Assembly: GCA_964016885.1 (NCBI GenBank)
Contig: OZ024765.1
Span: 21,638,001-21,702,000 of the forward strand
Reading direction: 5' to 3'
DNA length: 64,000 nucleotides
Origin: Eledone cirrhosa
Taxonomy: Eukaryota
The notes under the pieces are model-generated. The model was not told the origin of the DNA. It made no database searches and worked only from the letters and a program-made list of their open reading frames with translations. Shown piece by piece: positions 40,950 to 53,235 of this stretch (its first letter is position 1; the number at the start of each line of letters is the position of its first letter). Position numbers and translations under genes: made by a program.

Positions 40950-43900
40950 TTATGACCATGCTGTAAAATGGAGGGGTAGAGAAGGCCCTTGAGTCTAGCA
41001 AGACATCCTCTCTAGTGCTGGTGGCACAAATAAAAGCACCCAGTCCATGCTGTAAAGTGGCGCTGGTGTTAGAAAGGGCATCCAACCAGTGTATCAATGC
41101 CAAAACAATTATAGAGAGGAACAACAACAAAATATGAAGACGTCGCATATCAGAGTTGCAACACTTAATGTTGGCACTCTCAGAGGTAGATCTGCTGAAA
41201 TAGTGGAGATGCTGGAGAGAAGGCAGGTGGATGTGTGCTGCGTGCAAGAGGTGAGATGGAGAAGTGCCTCTGTGAGACTAGTTGTAGGCAAACATCTTAG
41301 CTATAAGCTTTTCTGGGTAGGTAAGGATGATGGGTTAGGGGTAGTAGGCATTTTCCTGGCTGAGAGATGGATCAATAAGACAATAGAGGTAGTTCGAGTT
41401 AGTAATCGAATAATTAAGCTTAGATTAGTTATAGGCAGGAGACTACTGACAATCATCTCGGCCTATGCTCCCCAAGCAGGCCTAGGCAAAGAAGAGAAAG
41501 ACTGCTTTTATGAGCAACTTGTACAAACAACCGCAATGACAGAGGATGGAGACATCGTTATGCTAGCAGGGGACTTCAATGGACAGCTCCAGGATGGTTA
41601 CACTGGGGTACATGATGGGCACGGTTACGGCTCAAGAAATGAAGAAGGAATGAGACTTCTTGAATTTTGTGATGCAAGTACACTGACTATTTGCAGCACA
41701 AACTTCCAGACACCTGCAAATCACCTAATAACCTACAAATCTGGTGAGCACATAAGCCAGATTGACTTCTTACTAGTTAGGCAGTGGGACAGGCAGATAG
41801 TGTCTAATACCAAGGCATACCCTGTGGAAGAATGTACCCCACAGGTTAGTCGTTAGTGATATCTCAATAAGCAAGAGATGGAATGAGATATACAGGAAGG
41901 TGTGGAGAAGAAAGGTCTGGAAGCTAAAAGACCTTTCACTAAAATACAAATTTAGGAAAGCCCTTCAAGATGTATATAATGAAAAAGAAAACGATTTAAG
42001 ATGTATGACATAGATAATAACTGGAATTTCTTACGTGACAATTTACTGCAGGCTACTGATGAAACTTGTGGCTGGAGCAGAGCTCCAACCAGACAGAGAG
42101 TGACCTGGTGGTAGAACAGCACAGTAGATAAGGCTATTAGAGACAAAAGACTAGCATGGAAGGCTTGGAAAAAGGGTGGGAGTAGGGAAGAATATACAGC
42201 CGCTAAGAGAGAAACTAGACGTCAGGTGTACTTAGCACGCAGGGAGGCTGAGAGTAGGAGGTTTGCCAATGTTCTGCGACAGGAAGATCAGAGGTGTGCG
42301 GTGTTCCACATTGCAAGGCAGTGTGTCAATGCAAATCAGGATTTTGTTGGAGATAAATGTGTCCGGGATGATGCCGGTGTACTTAGTGTCACGAATGATC
42401 AGAAAAAGGAGGCCTGGAAATGTCATTATGAAAGACTGATGAATGTGGAGAACGAATGGGAGAGAGAGAAATTACCCTTAGTAGATCTGACAGAGGGACC
42501 AGCTATTAAGATTGACAAATATAGGGTCCAAGAGGCGATTAAGGAAATGAAAAATGGTAAGGCTGCTGGACCATCGGGAATAGTTGCTGAGATGCTGAAG
42601 GCATCAGGGGATGTAGGCACTAAACTGGTTGCACGCATCATCAATCAGGCTATATATGGTGGTGTCATACCCAAAGACTGGTGCAGCAGTATTCTCATAA
42701 ATTGCTACAAAGGTAAAGGGGATGCTCTGGAGAGGAGCAATTATAGGGGTATAAAACTGATGGATCAGGTTATAAAAGTGGCAGAAAGGATATTAGCACA
42801 ACTAATTAGAGACTAAGGTCAAACTAGATGAGATGCCGTTTGATTTTGTGCCTGGGAAAAGTACAACAGATGCCCTCTTCTTGGTGAGACAATTGCAAGA
42901 GAGGTTCTTAGAGAAGAATAAGCCACTATACTTAGCCTTTGTTGACCTAGAGAAGGCCTTTGATAGGGTACCACCAATCTGTCATCTGGTGGTCCTTAAA
43001 GAAACTATATGTTGAGGAATGGCTTGTGAGGACAGTGCAAACTTTGTACAGAGGTACTGTCAGTAAAGTCAGGGTAGGAATGGAGTTTAGTGAGGAATTC
43101 CAGATACAAGTAGGAGTACATCAAGGTTCAGTCCTCAGCCCGCTCTTGTTCATTATAGTCTTCCAAACCATAACAGAGGAGTTTAAGACTGGCTGTCCAT
43201 GGGAACTTCTCTATGCTGACGATCTGGTTCTTATAGCAGAATCAGTAGAGGAGCTAGAGAATAAATTCTAGCTATGGAAACAGCAGTTGGAAGCAAGAGG
43301 ACTGAGAGTGAACCTAGCTAAGACAAAAGTGTGGATGAGTAGAAAAGAGGACAAAACTCTGATTCCGTCAGGGAAATGGCCATGTTCGATATGCAGAAAA
43401 GGAACTGGCATAAATTCTATAAAATGCACACAATGCAGATCCTGGGTACACAAGAGATGTAGCGGGAGAGCAGGCAAACTAACAGGTAGGGAGAAATATG
43501 TATGCAGTAGATGTACAGGGAAATTAGACAGTAGAAGTCGCATTGATAGACACATTTTTCAAATGCAGGAGGGCGCTATAGAAGTGGTGGATAGCTTCCG
43601 GTACCTAGGAGATCAGATTAGCATGGGAGGAGGGTGTTCCGAGGCCATAGTATCTAGTATAAGGACAGGTTGGAAGAAGTTTAGGGAGCTGCTTCCTCTG
43701 CTGAGGAAGAAGGGTTTCTCCCTGCGTACGAAAGGCCGGTTATATGATGCCTGTGTGAGGAGTGCGATGCTGCATGGTAGTGAGACATGGGCAGCGGATA
43801 TGCGACGGCTGGAGAGAAATGAGGCAAGCATGCTCCGTTGGATGTGCAATGTCAATGTACGTGAACAACCCAGCATGAATGTGTTGAGAGAGAAACTGTG

Positions 43901-44190
43901 TCTGAGAGGGATAGAATGTAGTGTACGGGAGAGGAGACTGAGGTGGTATGGACATGTGATGCGCATGGAGGATGACCAATGGGTGAAGAAGTGCCAGGAA
44001 ATGCCAGTTGAAGGAAGACGTGGTAGAGGTAGACCACGAAAAACATGGGCAGAGGTGGTGAGAACAGACCTCAGATCGTTGAAGCTCATGGCGGAGATGA
44101 CGAAGGACCGTGACAAGTGGAGAGATGCTGAATAAGACCCGTCCCACCCTTGCGAGCAGGGAAGAGCGAACATAAAATGATGATGATATA
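40950..44190 (+). mobile_element. Near full-length decayed RTE-clade LINE (APE endonuclease, RT, PHD-like Zn finger)
   Basis: ATLNVGTL, QEVRW, SAYAPQ, GDFNG, SQIDF; NYRGIKL, DLEKAFD, GVHQGSVLSP, LYADDL; several stops and frameshifts; (TGA)n tail. Confidence 0.93.
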
Positions 44191-45266
44191 TATATAATAG
44201 TAATAAACAAAAGATATATACTTTATATCATCTCTATTTCATTATATATATTTCACAGATGTAAAGTTCTATCATCATCATCATTTCATCATCATACGTC
44301 CGCTTTTCCCTGCTTGCAAGGGTGGGACGGGAACTGATCCTGGCTTGATTTCTACAGCTGGATGCCCTTCCTAACACCAACCTCATTTACAGTGAGTGCT
44401 GGGTGCTTTTTTGCCGTGGCACCTCCACGACCACTTTGCAGTGGAATGATATGGACCCCAGTCCCTATCATCTCATTTCTACAGTTGAGTAAACTGGAGC
44501 AATGTGAAATAAAGTGTCTTGCTCAAGGAAACAACACATCACCTGGTCTGAGAATTGAACTCACAACCTTTCGACTGCAAGGCCAATGCTCTAACCACTA
44601 AGCCATGTGCCTATGTATAACATAAAGCAAAACATGTCCTCTTCAAACAAAATATATAGAAAATGTATAATTTTTTCCTGATACGCTGGTAGACAACGAG
44701 CTGGACATATCGGTGACTACCAGGCATATCACTAGAAAAACCTCAACACATAGGGGGCTTACATGACTGGGAGAATACATTACAGTTGGTCTAAACGTTT
44801 AATACATTATCTAAAATATAGTGTTATTATATTGGTAAAAAAAAAAAAAAAAAAATTGACTGTTATCCTGTCTCAATTCCACTTATAATCATTTAAGATA
44901 CATATTAAATTAAAAGTATATATTATATCAAAGGAAAAAATAGTCTAGAGCATTGGCCTTGCAATCGAAAGGTTGTGAGTTCAATTCTCAGACCGGGTGA
45001 TGTGTTGTTTCCTTGAGCAAGACACTTTATTTCACATTGCTCCAGTTTACTCAGCTGTAGAAATGAGATGATAGGGACTGGGGTCCCTATCATTCCACTG
45101 CAAAGTGGTCGTGGAGGTGCCACGACAAAAAAGGACCCACCACTCACTGTAAATGAGGTTGGTGTTAGGAAGGGCATCCAGCTGTAGAAATCAAGCCAGA
45201 ATCAGTTCCCGTCTCACCCTTGCAAGCAGGGAAAAAGCGGACGTAAAATGAAATGAAATGAAATGA

Positions 45267-45297
<31 letters not shown>

Positions 45298-45462
45298 TAT
45301 AGTATTAAGTATACTATTTATGGTTATGTAAATACAAAAACCTTTTGCAGTTATATATATTTTTATAAACCCTAAATAGTGATAGGCAGTAATATATTAC
45401 TACCTTATTACCAGTAAGTTAAATAGCTCAATGTAAAAACATCAGATGATTTACAGAGCAGT

Positions 45463-45622
45463 TATATGAATTATAATAATCAAAGAATTGTTCAAAACAT
45501 TTTTATGCTTACAACTGTTTCCTCCAAACCGAGGTTTGGAAGAATCCAAACCTTGGTTTGGAGGAAACAGTTGTAAGCATAAAAATGTTTTGAACAGTTC
45601 TTTGATTATTATAATTCATATA
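45463..45622. repeat. 160-bp palindrome centred on a truncated hammerhead motif
   Basis: Right arm GAAGA-ATCCAAACC tt GGTTTGGAG-GAAA-CAGTTG-TA-AGCAT; left arm is its reverse complement. Confidence 0.85.
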
Positions 45623-45643
45623 CATATATATATACATATATAT

Positions 45644-46760
45644 CTAATGGGGGTAAAATACCCGAGATCCATGGACGAGATCTCTCCAGCGGTCTCTGTC
45701 CCTCATTATCGCTGCCATGTCCTGTGTCTCCCAGAAAACAGTGTCTGTCCTTAGGACATCAACATATGTTAACCTTGGTCTTCCTCTTCCAGTGTGTCCA
45801 TGTAGGGGCTCCCACAGAAGCACTGAGTGCAATGTCAACTCTGGGCGTCGGTGAGCATGTCCAGCTAACCTTAGTCTCCCTCTTCTAGTGTGTCCATATA
45901 GGGGCTCCCGCAGGAGCACTGAGTGCAATGTCAACTCTGGGCGTCGGTGAGCATGTCCAGCTAACCTTAGTCTCCCTCTTCTAGTGTGTCCATGCAAGGG
46001 CTCCCACAGGAGCACTGAGTGCAATGTCAACTCTGGGCGTCGGTGAGCCTGTCCAGCTAACCTTAGTCTCCCTCTTCTAGTGTGTCCATGCAGGGGCTCC
46101 CACAGGAGCACTGAGTGCAGTGTCAACTCTGGGCGTCGGTGAGCATGTCCAGCTAACCTTAGTCTCCCTCTTCTAGTGTGTCCATGCAGGGTCTCCCACA
46201 GGAGCACTGAGTGCAATGTCAACTCTGGGCGTCGGTGAGCATGTCCAGCTAACCTCGGTCTCCCTCTTCCAGTGTGTCCATGTAGGGGCTCCCACAGGAG
46301 CACTGAGTGCAATGTCAACTCTGGGCGTCGGTGAGCATGTCCAGCTAACCTTAGTCTCCCTCTTCCAGTGTGTCCATGTAGGGGCTCCCACAGGAGCACT
46401 GAGTGCAGTGTCAACTCTGGGCGTCGGTGAGCATGTCCAGCTAACCTCGGTCTCCCTCTTCCAGTGTGTCCATGTAGGGGCTCCCACAGGAGCACTGAGT
46501 GCAGTGTCAACTCTGGGCGTCGGTGAGCATGTCCAGCTAACCTCAGTCTCCTCTGTGTCACTTTTGGGCTGAGTTTTTCATCCTCAGTGTACACTGATTA
46601 ATGTTCAGAGCCATCCTCAGCATTCTCGTGTAGCACCCATCCACCATCTGAGTGAGTTTCTTGGTCAGTGTCCAAGCCTCGGACCCGTACAGCAGCACCA
46701 GACTCCACCGTAGCAAGGAAGAATCTTCAGGTCTTTATGAAGCTCTGACTTCCACACTAT
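45644..46760 (-). mobile_element. Non-LTR retrotransposon 3' fragment with 8 in-frame 96-bp tandem repeats (about 45770-46552)
   Basis: 32-aa repeat RLAGHAHRRPELTLHSVLLWEPLHGHTGRGRP; upstream sequence resembles the ESGVLLYGSEAW / DGCYTRML region of RT C-termini. Confidence 0.82.
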
Positions 46761-46816
46761 ATATATGTATATATATTGTTAATAATACAACAATTGTGTC
46801 ATTTTTTTTATTTCAG

Positions 46817-46929
46817 TTTGTGTGAATTGTTTGAGGTGTTGGCACTGTATAGCGGACAACTGTGGCTCTGACCCGTCCAGTCACCCTCACGCCAGCAAGG
46901 AACATTGTCAATTAGGAAGATTTTGCCAG
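46817..46929 (+). CDS. Ly6/uPAR three-finger protein, exon 2 (N-terminal half of the LU domain)
   Basis: Acceptor TTTTTTTTATTTCAG; reads CVNCLRCWHCIADNCGSDPSSHPHASKEHCQLGRFCQ; donor CAG|GTGAGA, phase 0. Confidence 0.85.
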
Positions 46930-47420
46930 GTGAGAACGACTATATTAATACCTTTTGTTGTGTCTCTTTGTTGTTTAGTTATCTTTTTAATGTTTGGTTG
47001 TATTTGGAGAATGGTTTTAATATATATATATATGGAGGCACATGGCTTAGTGGTTAGAGCATTGGCCTTGCAATCGAAAGGTGGTGAGTTCAATTCTCAG
47101 ACCGGGTGATGTGTTGTTTCCTTGAGCAAGACACTTTATTTCACATTGCTTCAGTTTACTCAGCTGTAGAAATGAGATGATAGGGACTGGGGTCCCTATC
47201 ATTCCACTGCAAAGTGATCGTGGAGGTGCCACGGCAAAAAGCACCCAGCTCTCACTGTAAATGAGGTTGGTGTTAGGAAGGGCATCCAGCTGTAGAAATC
47301 AAGCCAGAATCAGTTCCCGTCCCACCGTTGCAAGCAGGGAAAAAGCGGACGTAAAATGATGATGATGATGATAATACTGATATATATATATATATAATAT
47401 ATATATATATCCAGATCAGT

Positions 47421-47484
<64 letters not shown>

Positions 47485-47844
47485 AATATGGGTGAGAAGA
47501 ATACTGCTGGTTGCACATGGATAACATGTTATAAAATGACTCCCTCATCAGTGATTTACCAAACGATCATGGGTATTTCATCGCATTAAAAATCATATAC
47601 CTCACGTTGGAGCGATAATAACTAAAATAAGTTATTAGGACAATAGAAATTTTAGTAAATCATAGACGGAGCTCTAGTATATGGCCAAGCTAGCGTGTAT
47701 GCTTATTCAGTTTGTAGCTTTAGCACTCAGTTGAGTAAGACCCCAGAGTATAACATTATATATATATAGTAAAATAAAACAAGGACGAGTGGTTACTCCT
47801 TCATTACGTTTATTGGTTGGTGACGTGCGTTTCGCCATTGATCT

Positions 47845-47906
<62 letters not shown>

Positions 47907-47914
47907 TTCAGTAT

Positions 47915-48990
47915 TCATCATCATCATCATCATCAACGTTTAACGTCCGTGTTCCACGCTTGCATGGGTTTGGACGGGAGTTTTCCCACTTGAGGCAAGA
48001 GTGGTTGTCCTGCTCGTATAGGACTGTCTGGCAGGTTTTCTACAGCTGGATGCCCTTCCTAACACCAACCACATTTACAGTGTGTGGCTGGGAGGTTTTT
48101 ACCGTGTTACCTACACGGCCACATTACAGCGTGGACTGTGTGTTTTTTGTCGTGACACCTACACGATCTCATTTGTTTCGGCCTGGATGTTGTGGCACCA
48201 ACATAACTTTACATTGAAAGGGGCGGTGTGGATGGGGTGGGAGTGGTGGGACGGGGGTGTATTTTGTTAGATGCCTACTGACTGTAGTAGGTTTTACTTT
48301 GTATTTAGGTAAGGCGGGTCTTCTCTATTACTGAGTACCGCCAAAGGTCTCGGTCCAGTGACATTGTCTTGGAGAGGTGTAAGTGTGTGAGGTCGGAATT
48401 TATCAGCTCGTCCCAGGTTTTTCTGGGTCTGCCTACTCCGTGGCTACCATCTATCTTTATTGCCCTGCACTTTGTTATACAGCTGTCGTCTTTCATGCGC
48501 ATCACGTGACCATACCAACGTAGCCTTCTCTCGAGTAAACAACATCTGATCCCTCTTATTTCTAATTTTTCCCTTAGTTCGTTTATGCTTTGCCGTTCAT
48601 GTATATTACTATTACACATCCAGCGGAGCATGCAAGCTTCGTTCCTCTCTAGTCTGTGTATATCCTCTGCACACAATGCCCAGGTCTCACTGCCATGCAA
48701 CATTGCTGTTCGTATGCAGGCATCATACAACCTGCCTTTCATTTTTAGGGAGAACCCTTTAGCGGCTAATAGTGGTATAAGCTCTCTGAACTTTTTCCAT
48801 CCAGTTCTGACTCTAGCTACTGTACTTTCAGAGCACCCTCCCCCACTGCTAATTTTGTTACCCAGGTAACGGAAGCTGTCCACTATTTCTATAGAACCCT
48901 CCGCGCAATTGAAAGAGCTAGTATTTTGTGGGCACTTGCTGCTACTTATTGCACCAGAGCACCGGCCACATGTAAAATCTGTGTTCTTAG
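47915..48990 (-). mobile_element. RTE-clade LINE 3' part (RT C-terminus plus 3' UTR)
   Basis: DSFRYLG...GWKKFREL...LHGSETWAL...RRLRWYGHVMRM; stop at 48305 followed by UTR and (GAT)n. Confidence 0.88.
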
Positions 48991-49033
48991 TTATATATAT
49001 CAGTATATATATCAGTATTATATATATATATAC

Positions 49034-49330
49034 AGTGGCGGACTGGGTCTAGAAATATTGGTTGCCAGGAGATGAAGGGGGCCCACCTACATATAGAATG
49101 CTATCATTTAATTTTTATAATGAATAAATAACATTTTCAAAAAATACATAAGTGGAAACAAAACAGTGCAATCAAATTTTTGCGGAAAAATATCTTAACT
49201 TCTCCAATAAAAATATGTATTTTACGAAATCCAGAGACTTTCATTAATGACCAGAAGTCAACCCTAAATATTACTAATAGCTCTAGGAAAGCCATGAATG
49301 ACACTACATCTTTTTAACTTTAATTTTAAA
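49034..49330. mobile_element. Possible DNA-transposon (hAT-like MITE) terminus
   Basis: Begins CAGTGGCGGACTGGG...GGGGCCC, typical of such ends; no partner terminus found. Confidence 0.3.
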
Positions 49331-49674
49331 AGTAGGTTTATAATTATCAATTTTTATTATAGTTTTCTCGGTTGGAGGAATCATAGATGGTGTTGATCCT
49401 GGTCTGAAGTTCAATCCTGGTCAGGAGTAGGGTTGGGTGATCAACTCTGTGATGGACTGGTGTCTTGTCCAGGGGGAGTCTTGTACTCTCAGTCACTTCA
49501 TGGTATGGAAACTGGGAGAAGCACATACCTGGTGAGCCTTCTGGCTTTAGACACACTTTAGACTTATATATATATATGTATATGTGTATATATATAACAT
49601 ATCTGCCACAAAATGAACATTATTATTATATTCAATATTCTTATATCCGATCATTATTATTATTAGGGATTGAT

Positions 49675-49866
49675 GGATTGGTAGATTGGCAGTGTCGGTA
49701 GTGGGTCAAACGCCATGCTTTGACGCATAGAGTTACGGCCCTTTATGATCTGAGTTCAAATCCCGCCGAGGTTAACTTTGCCTTTCATCCTTACGGGGTC
49801 GATAAAATAAAGTACCAGTAATACACTGTGGTAATTGCTGGCCTTGTACCAAAAGTAGAAACAATT
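49675..49866 (+). mobile_element. Family-A SINE
   Basis: Same body as 33702-33889. Confidence 0.82.
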
Positions 49867-49918
49867 ATTATTATTATTATTAGTAGTAGTAGTACCTTTA
49901 CTAATTTTCGTCTTCTTC

Positions 49919-49959
<41 letters not shown>

Positions 49960-49961
<2 letters not shown>

Positions 49962-50478
49962 AGACAGACACTTTCCTCTTCGCGAATCCCTGATTAACTT
50001 TTTCAAGTTTCACTTGAAGAGGAAAATCAGGGTGGAGAGGCAAGTGGTGCCCTCTGGCAAGTTTGTTGAAAGGTGGGTGAATGTAGCGAGAATGGTCCGA
50101 GTGAACGGGACCGCTCTGAATATACGTCTGTAGTTTGAGAGATGGAAAAATTGAAAGAGGGCGCTTGCCCTGGTGGTCAGAGCGGCCGTGGTCTTTTGTG
50201 TGGTTTTCGCCACAAGTAACCCTCGGAGGTTTCCCCCCTGTTGGGGAATTTTTCATTGTTTGAATTTTCATTTTTATTGTTTATATGTATATATATGTTT
50301 CTATGTCCTTTTTTTTCTTTTTTGTTTCTTATATAAATAATAAAAATCTTTACATGCACAAAACCCACATTGTACCGTCCTGTACCGTCCTGTACCATCC
50401 TGTGCCGTCTGTAATGTTTTTCTTGATGTCAACCCTGTGGCCAATAAAGAAATCATCATTATTATTATTATTATTATT
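49960..50478 (+). mobile_element. L1/Tx1-like 3' fragment flanked by (ATT)n
   Basis: SLINFFKFHLKRKIRVER...RWVNVARM matches 53527-54015; AATAAA then (ATT)n. Confidence 0.75.
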
Positions 50479-50479
50479 A

Positions 50480-53235
50480 CAGCTGCATTTATCTTGCTTT
50501 ATGTTCATACGAGTTATCACCAAGTCACAACCAGTGACCTCAAGAGACAACAAGGTCCGCCATGTTCAAGAAAGAACATACGTACACACACATGCATCTT
50601 TAGGTGTTTAGACTTGTGATGTACTTATATTGACAGAATCTTCCTTAGTATATGGGCAGTTCCCATTAGTACTATCTTTTGTATTTCTCCTATACGCGGG
50701 TTTCCTGGGATTTGCAATAAGTAATCATTAGACCCCTTAGGTATCATTCCTAGAGCGCCTACAACCACTGGTATTGTTTTAGTTCTCAATTTCCACATTT
50801 TTCCAATTTCTATCTCCAGGTCATACTTGCTCAATTTTTCAAATTTTTTTATGGATACATTCTTGTCTATTGGAACGGACATATCAATTAGCAGGCATAC
50901 CCTCTTTTTAAAGTCCTTCAGTATTATATCAGGTCTATTTGCATCTATTTTTCGGTCTGTTTGGATGCTAAAGTTCCACAAGATTGAGATGTGATCTTTT
51001 TCAAGTATGGGAGGTGGTTGATACTCCCACCAATTCATTTGATGGGGCAGGTCAAATTGCTTACATATTATCCAATGTATGTATTGTGCAGCTCTGTCAT
51101 GCCTGTTTATGTATTCGGTTGGAGCTATAGGATTGCACATTGAAATTATATGATCAATGGTCTCTGGTTGTTTTTACATACACGGCATAATGGGCTGCAT
51201 CCATTTTTTATTATGTTGGCTTGGTAATTTTTGTTGGCAGACACTGATCTTGTGCTGATATAATCAGTCCTTCAGTCTCCGATTTCAGTCCAGAGGATGC
51301 TAACCACTGATGGGTTAAAGTTTTGTCAACATCAGGATTGTTAGCTCTTTCTGGGTATTTTCCATACAGAAGCTTTTCTTGCCATTTCTTAGCCAGTTTC
51401 TGTAGCAGTTCTTTCTTTGCAGTTACTTTTACCTGCTTTGCTTTTTCTGTGTTTTCCATTTCAGCAGTAAATGGGACTTCTGAAATTTGTAGTCCATTAC
51501 TGTATCTTTGTGCATCTTTTGTAATGGAGTATGATCTTTTGAAGCTTTCGTGTTTCAAAACGAGTTTGATCATCCAATCATGTGATTCCCTTAGATATGT
51601 AGATAATCCAATTGTTGCAGTTTTCAACGCAATGTCTAACTGGATTAACCCACGTCCCCCTTCTTTCCTAGCGAGATATATTCTATCTGTATCTGCCTTA
51701 GGGTGATGCATTCTGTGCATGGTTAGGAATTTTCTAATTTTTGTATCGAGCCTATGGATCTCTGTGCTTGACCAGTTGATGACATTGTAACTGTAGGTTA
51801 CTACTGGTATGGCAAGCGTGTTTATGGCATCGATCCTATTCCTTGCATTCAATTCCGTTCTTAAGATTGCTCTTACTCTGCGGTAACATTCCTTCCTTAT
51901 CCTTTCCCTCATTGTCGAGTGCTTGATTCCGTCTCCTTCACAAACACCTAGATATTTGTAAGTTTCCTCTTGATCAAGTTCTCTTATCACATTCCCCGAT
52001 CAAGATTAATGTCTGAACTTTTCAGCAGCTTTCCTCTGGTGAACGTTGCTTTGGCGCATTTATCTAGTCCAAACTCCATTTTAATGTCATCACTGAACTG
52101 CTCCAATTGTTCATCATTTTTTGCAAATAGTTTCAGGTCATCCATGTAGAACAAGTGATTAATGGTTTTGTCATAGACTTTATATCCATGTTTTGTTTCA
52201 TTGAGCATTTTACTTAATGGTATAAGTGCGATGCAGAATAAAAGTGGTGATAAAGAGTCACCCTGAAAAATTCCACAATTAATATTAACTTCTCCAGCTT
52301 CCAGTGATTTTTTTTCACTGTTCAAAAGGAGTGTCGTTTTCCATGTCTTCATACTGAATGACAGGAACCTCCTGACAGCGGGAGATATTTTGAAAATCTC
52401 TAAACATTTTTCAATCCAACTGTGTGGCAAACTATCGAATGCTTTTTTATAATCTATCCAAGCAATTGATAGATTTGTGTCTATTATGACAATCTTCCAG
52501 TATCATTTTGTTAACCAAAAGCTGATCCTTACAGCCATATGAGCCTCGTTTACACCCTTTCTGCTCATTAGGAAATAGGTCATTTGTTATCAGGTGGTCA
52601 TATGTATATTCAGTTAGGACTGATGTTAAAATTTTATACATTGTGGTCAAGCAAGTTATCGGTCTGTAATTTTTGGGATTGTTTGTCTCATCATTCTTCA
52701 GAAGCAGGAATATAATGCCGTTAACTAGCCATGATGGTATCTTTTCTGGCTCCTTAACTATTTCATTGTAAAGTTGAGCTAACAGCTCATGAGACTCTGT
52801 GAAGGCATTTATCCAAAAATTTGGTATTTTGTCTTTTCCTGGGGATTTCCATTTGCTGGTTTTTCTAAGAGCCAAACGCAACTGTTCAACTGTTATATTT
52901 TCCCATATTTGTTCCTCAAGGTGAGCTGTATCTTTCATTTGTCTGTCTATCCATGGGGCATGTATATTATGAACTTTTTCTTCGGCCCAGATCTTTTCCC
53001 AGAATTCTTGCACTTCCTCCTTGGGTGGTATTGATTTAGCAGTTATTGTTGACTTGCCAATTTTTCTGTAGAAGTTTCTTTGGTTGTTTTTGAACATATT
53101 ATTGTCCTTATAGAATCTAGATCATTTTTCAAAGCGCCTTATACGAGCAGCTTTGGCCGACACTTTTTGCTTGATTATTTCTATCAGCATGTCTATGTCA
53201 CTTGTTGATTTTATACTGTATTTTCTTCCGTTTAT
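50480..53235 (-). mobile_element. R4/Dong-like non-LTR retrotransposon (RT, CCHC, restriction-like endonuclease), 5'-truncated and frameshifted
   Basis: KSPGKDKI, NYRPITCL, GIFQGDSLSP, YMDDLKLF; RHD motif; RPDII...LLIDMSVP...KFEKLSKY; 3' end runs into (TAA)n. Confidence 0.88.

Larger units (their letters stand above)
39578..44869. repeat. About 580-bp inverted duplication (39578-40159 and 44295-44869)
   Basis: Arms contain the same SINE plus about 260 bp of flanking sequence, near-identical in reverse complement. Confidence 0.88.
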
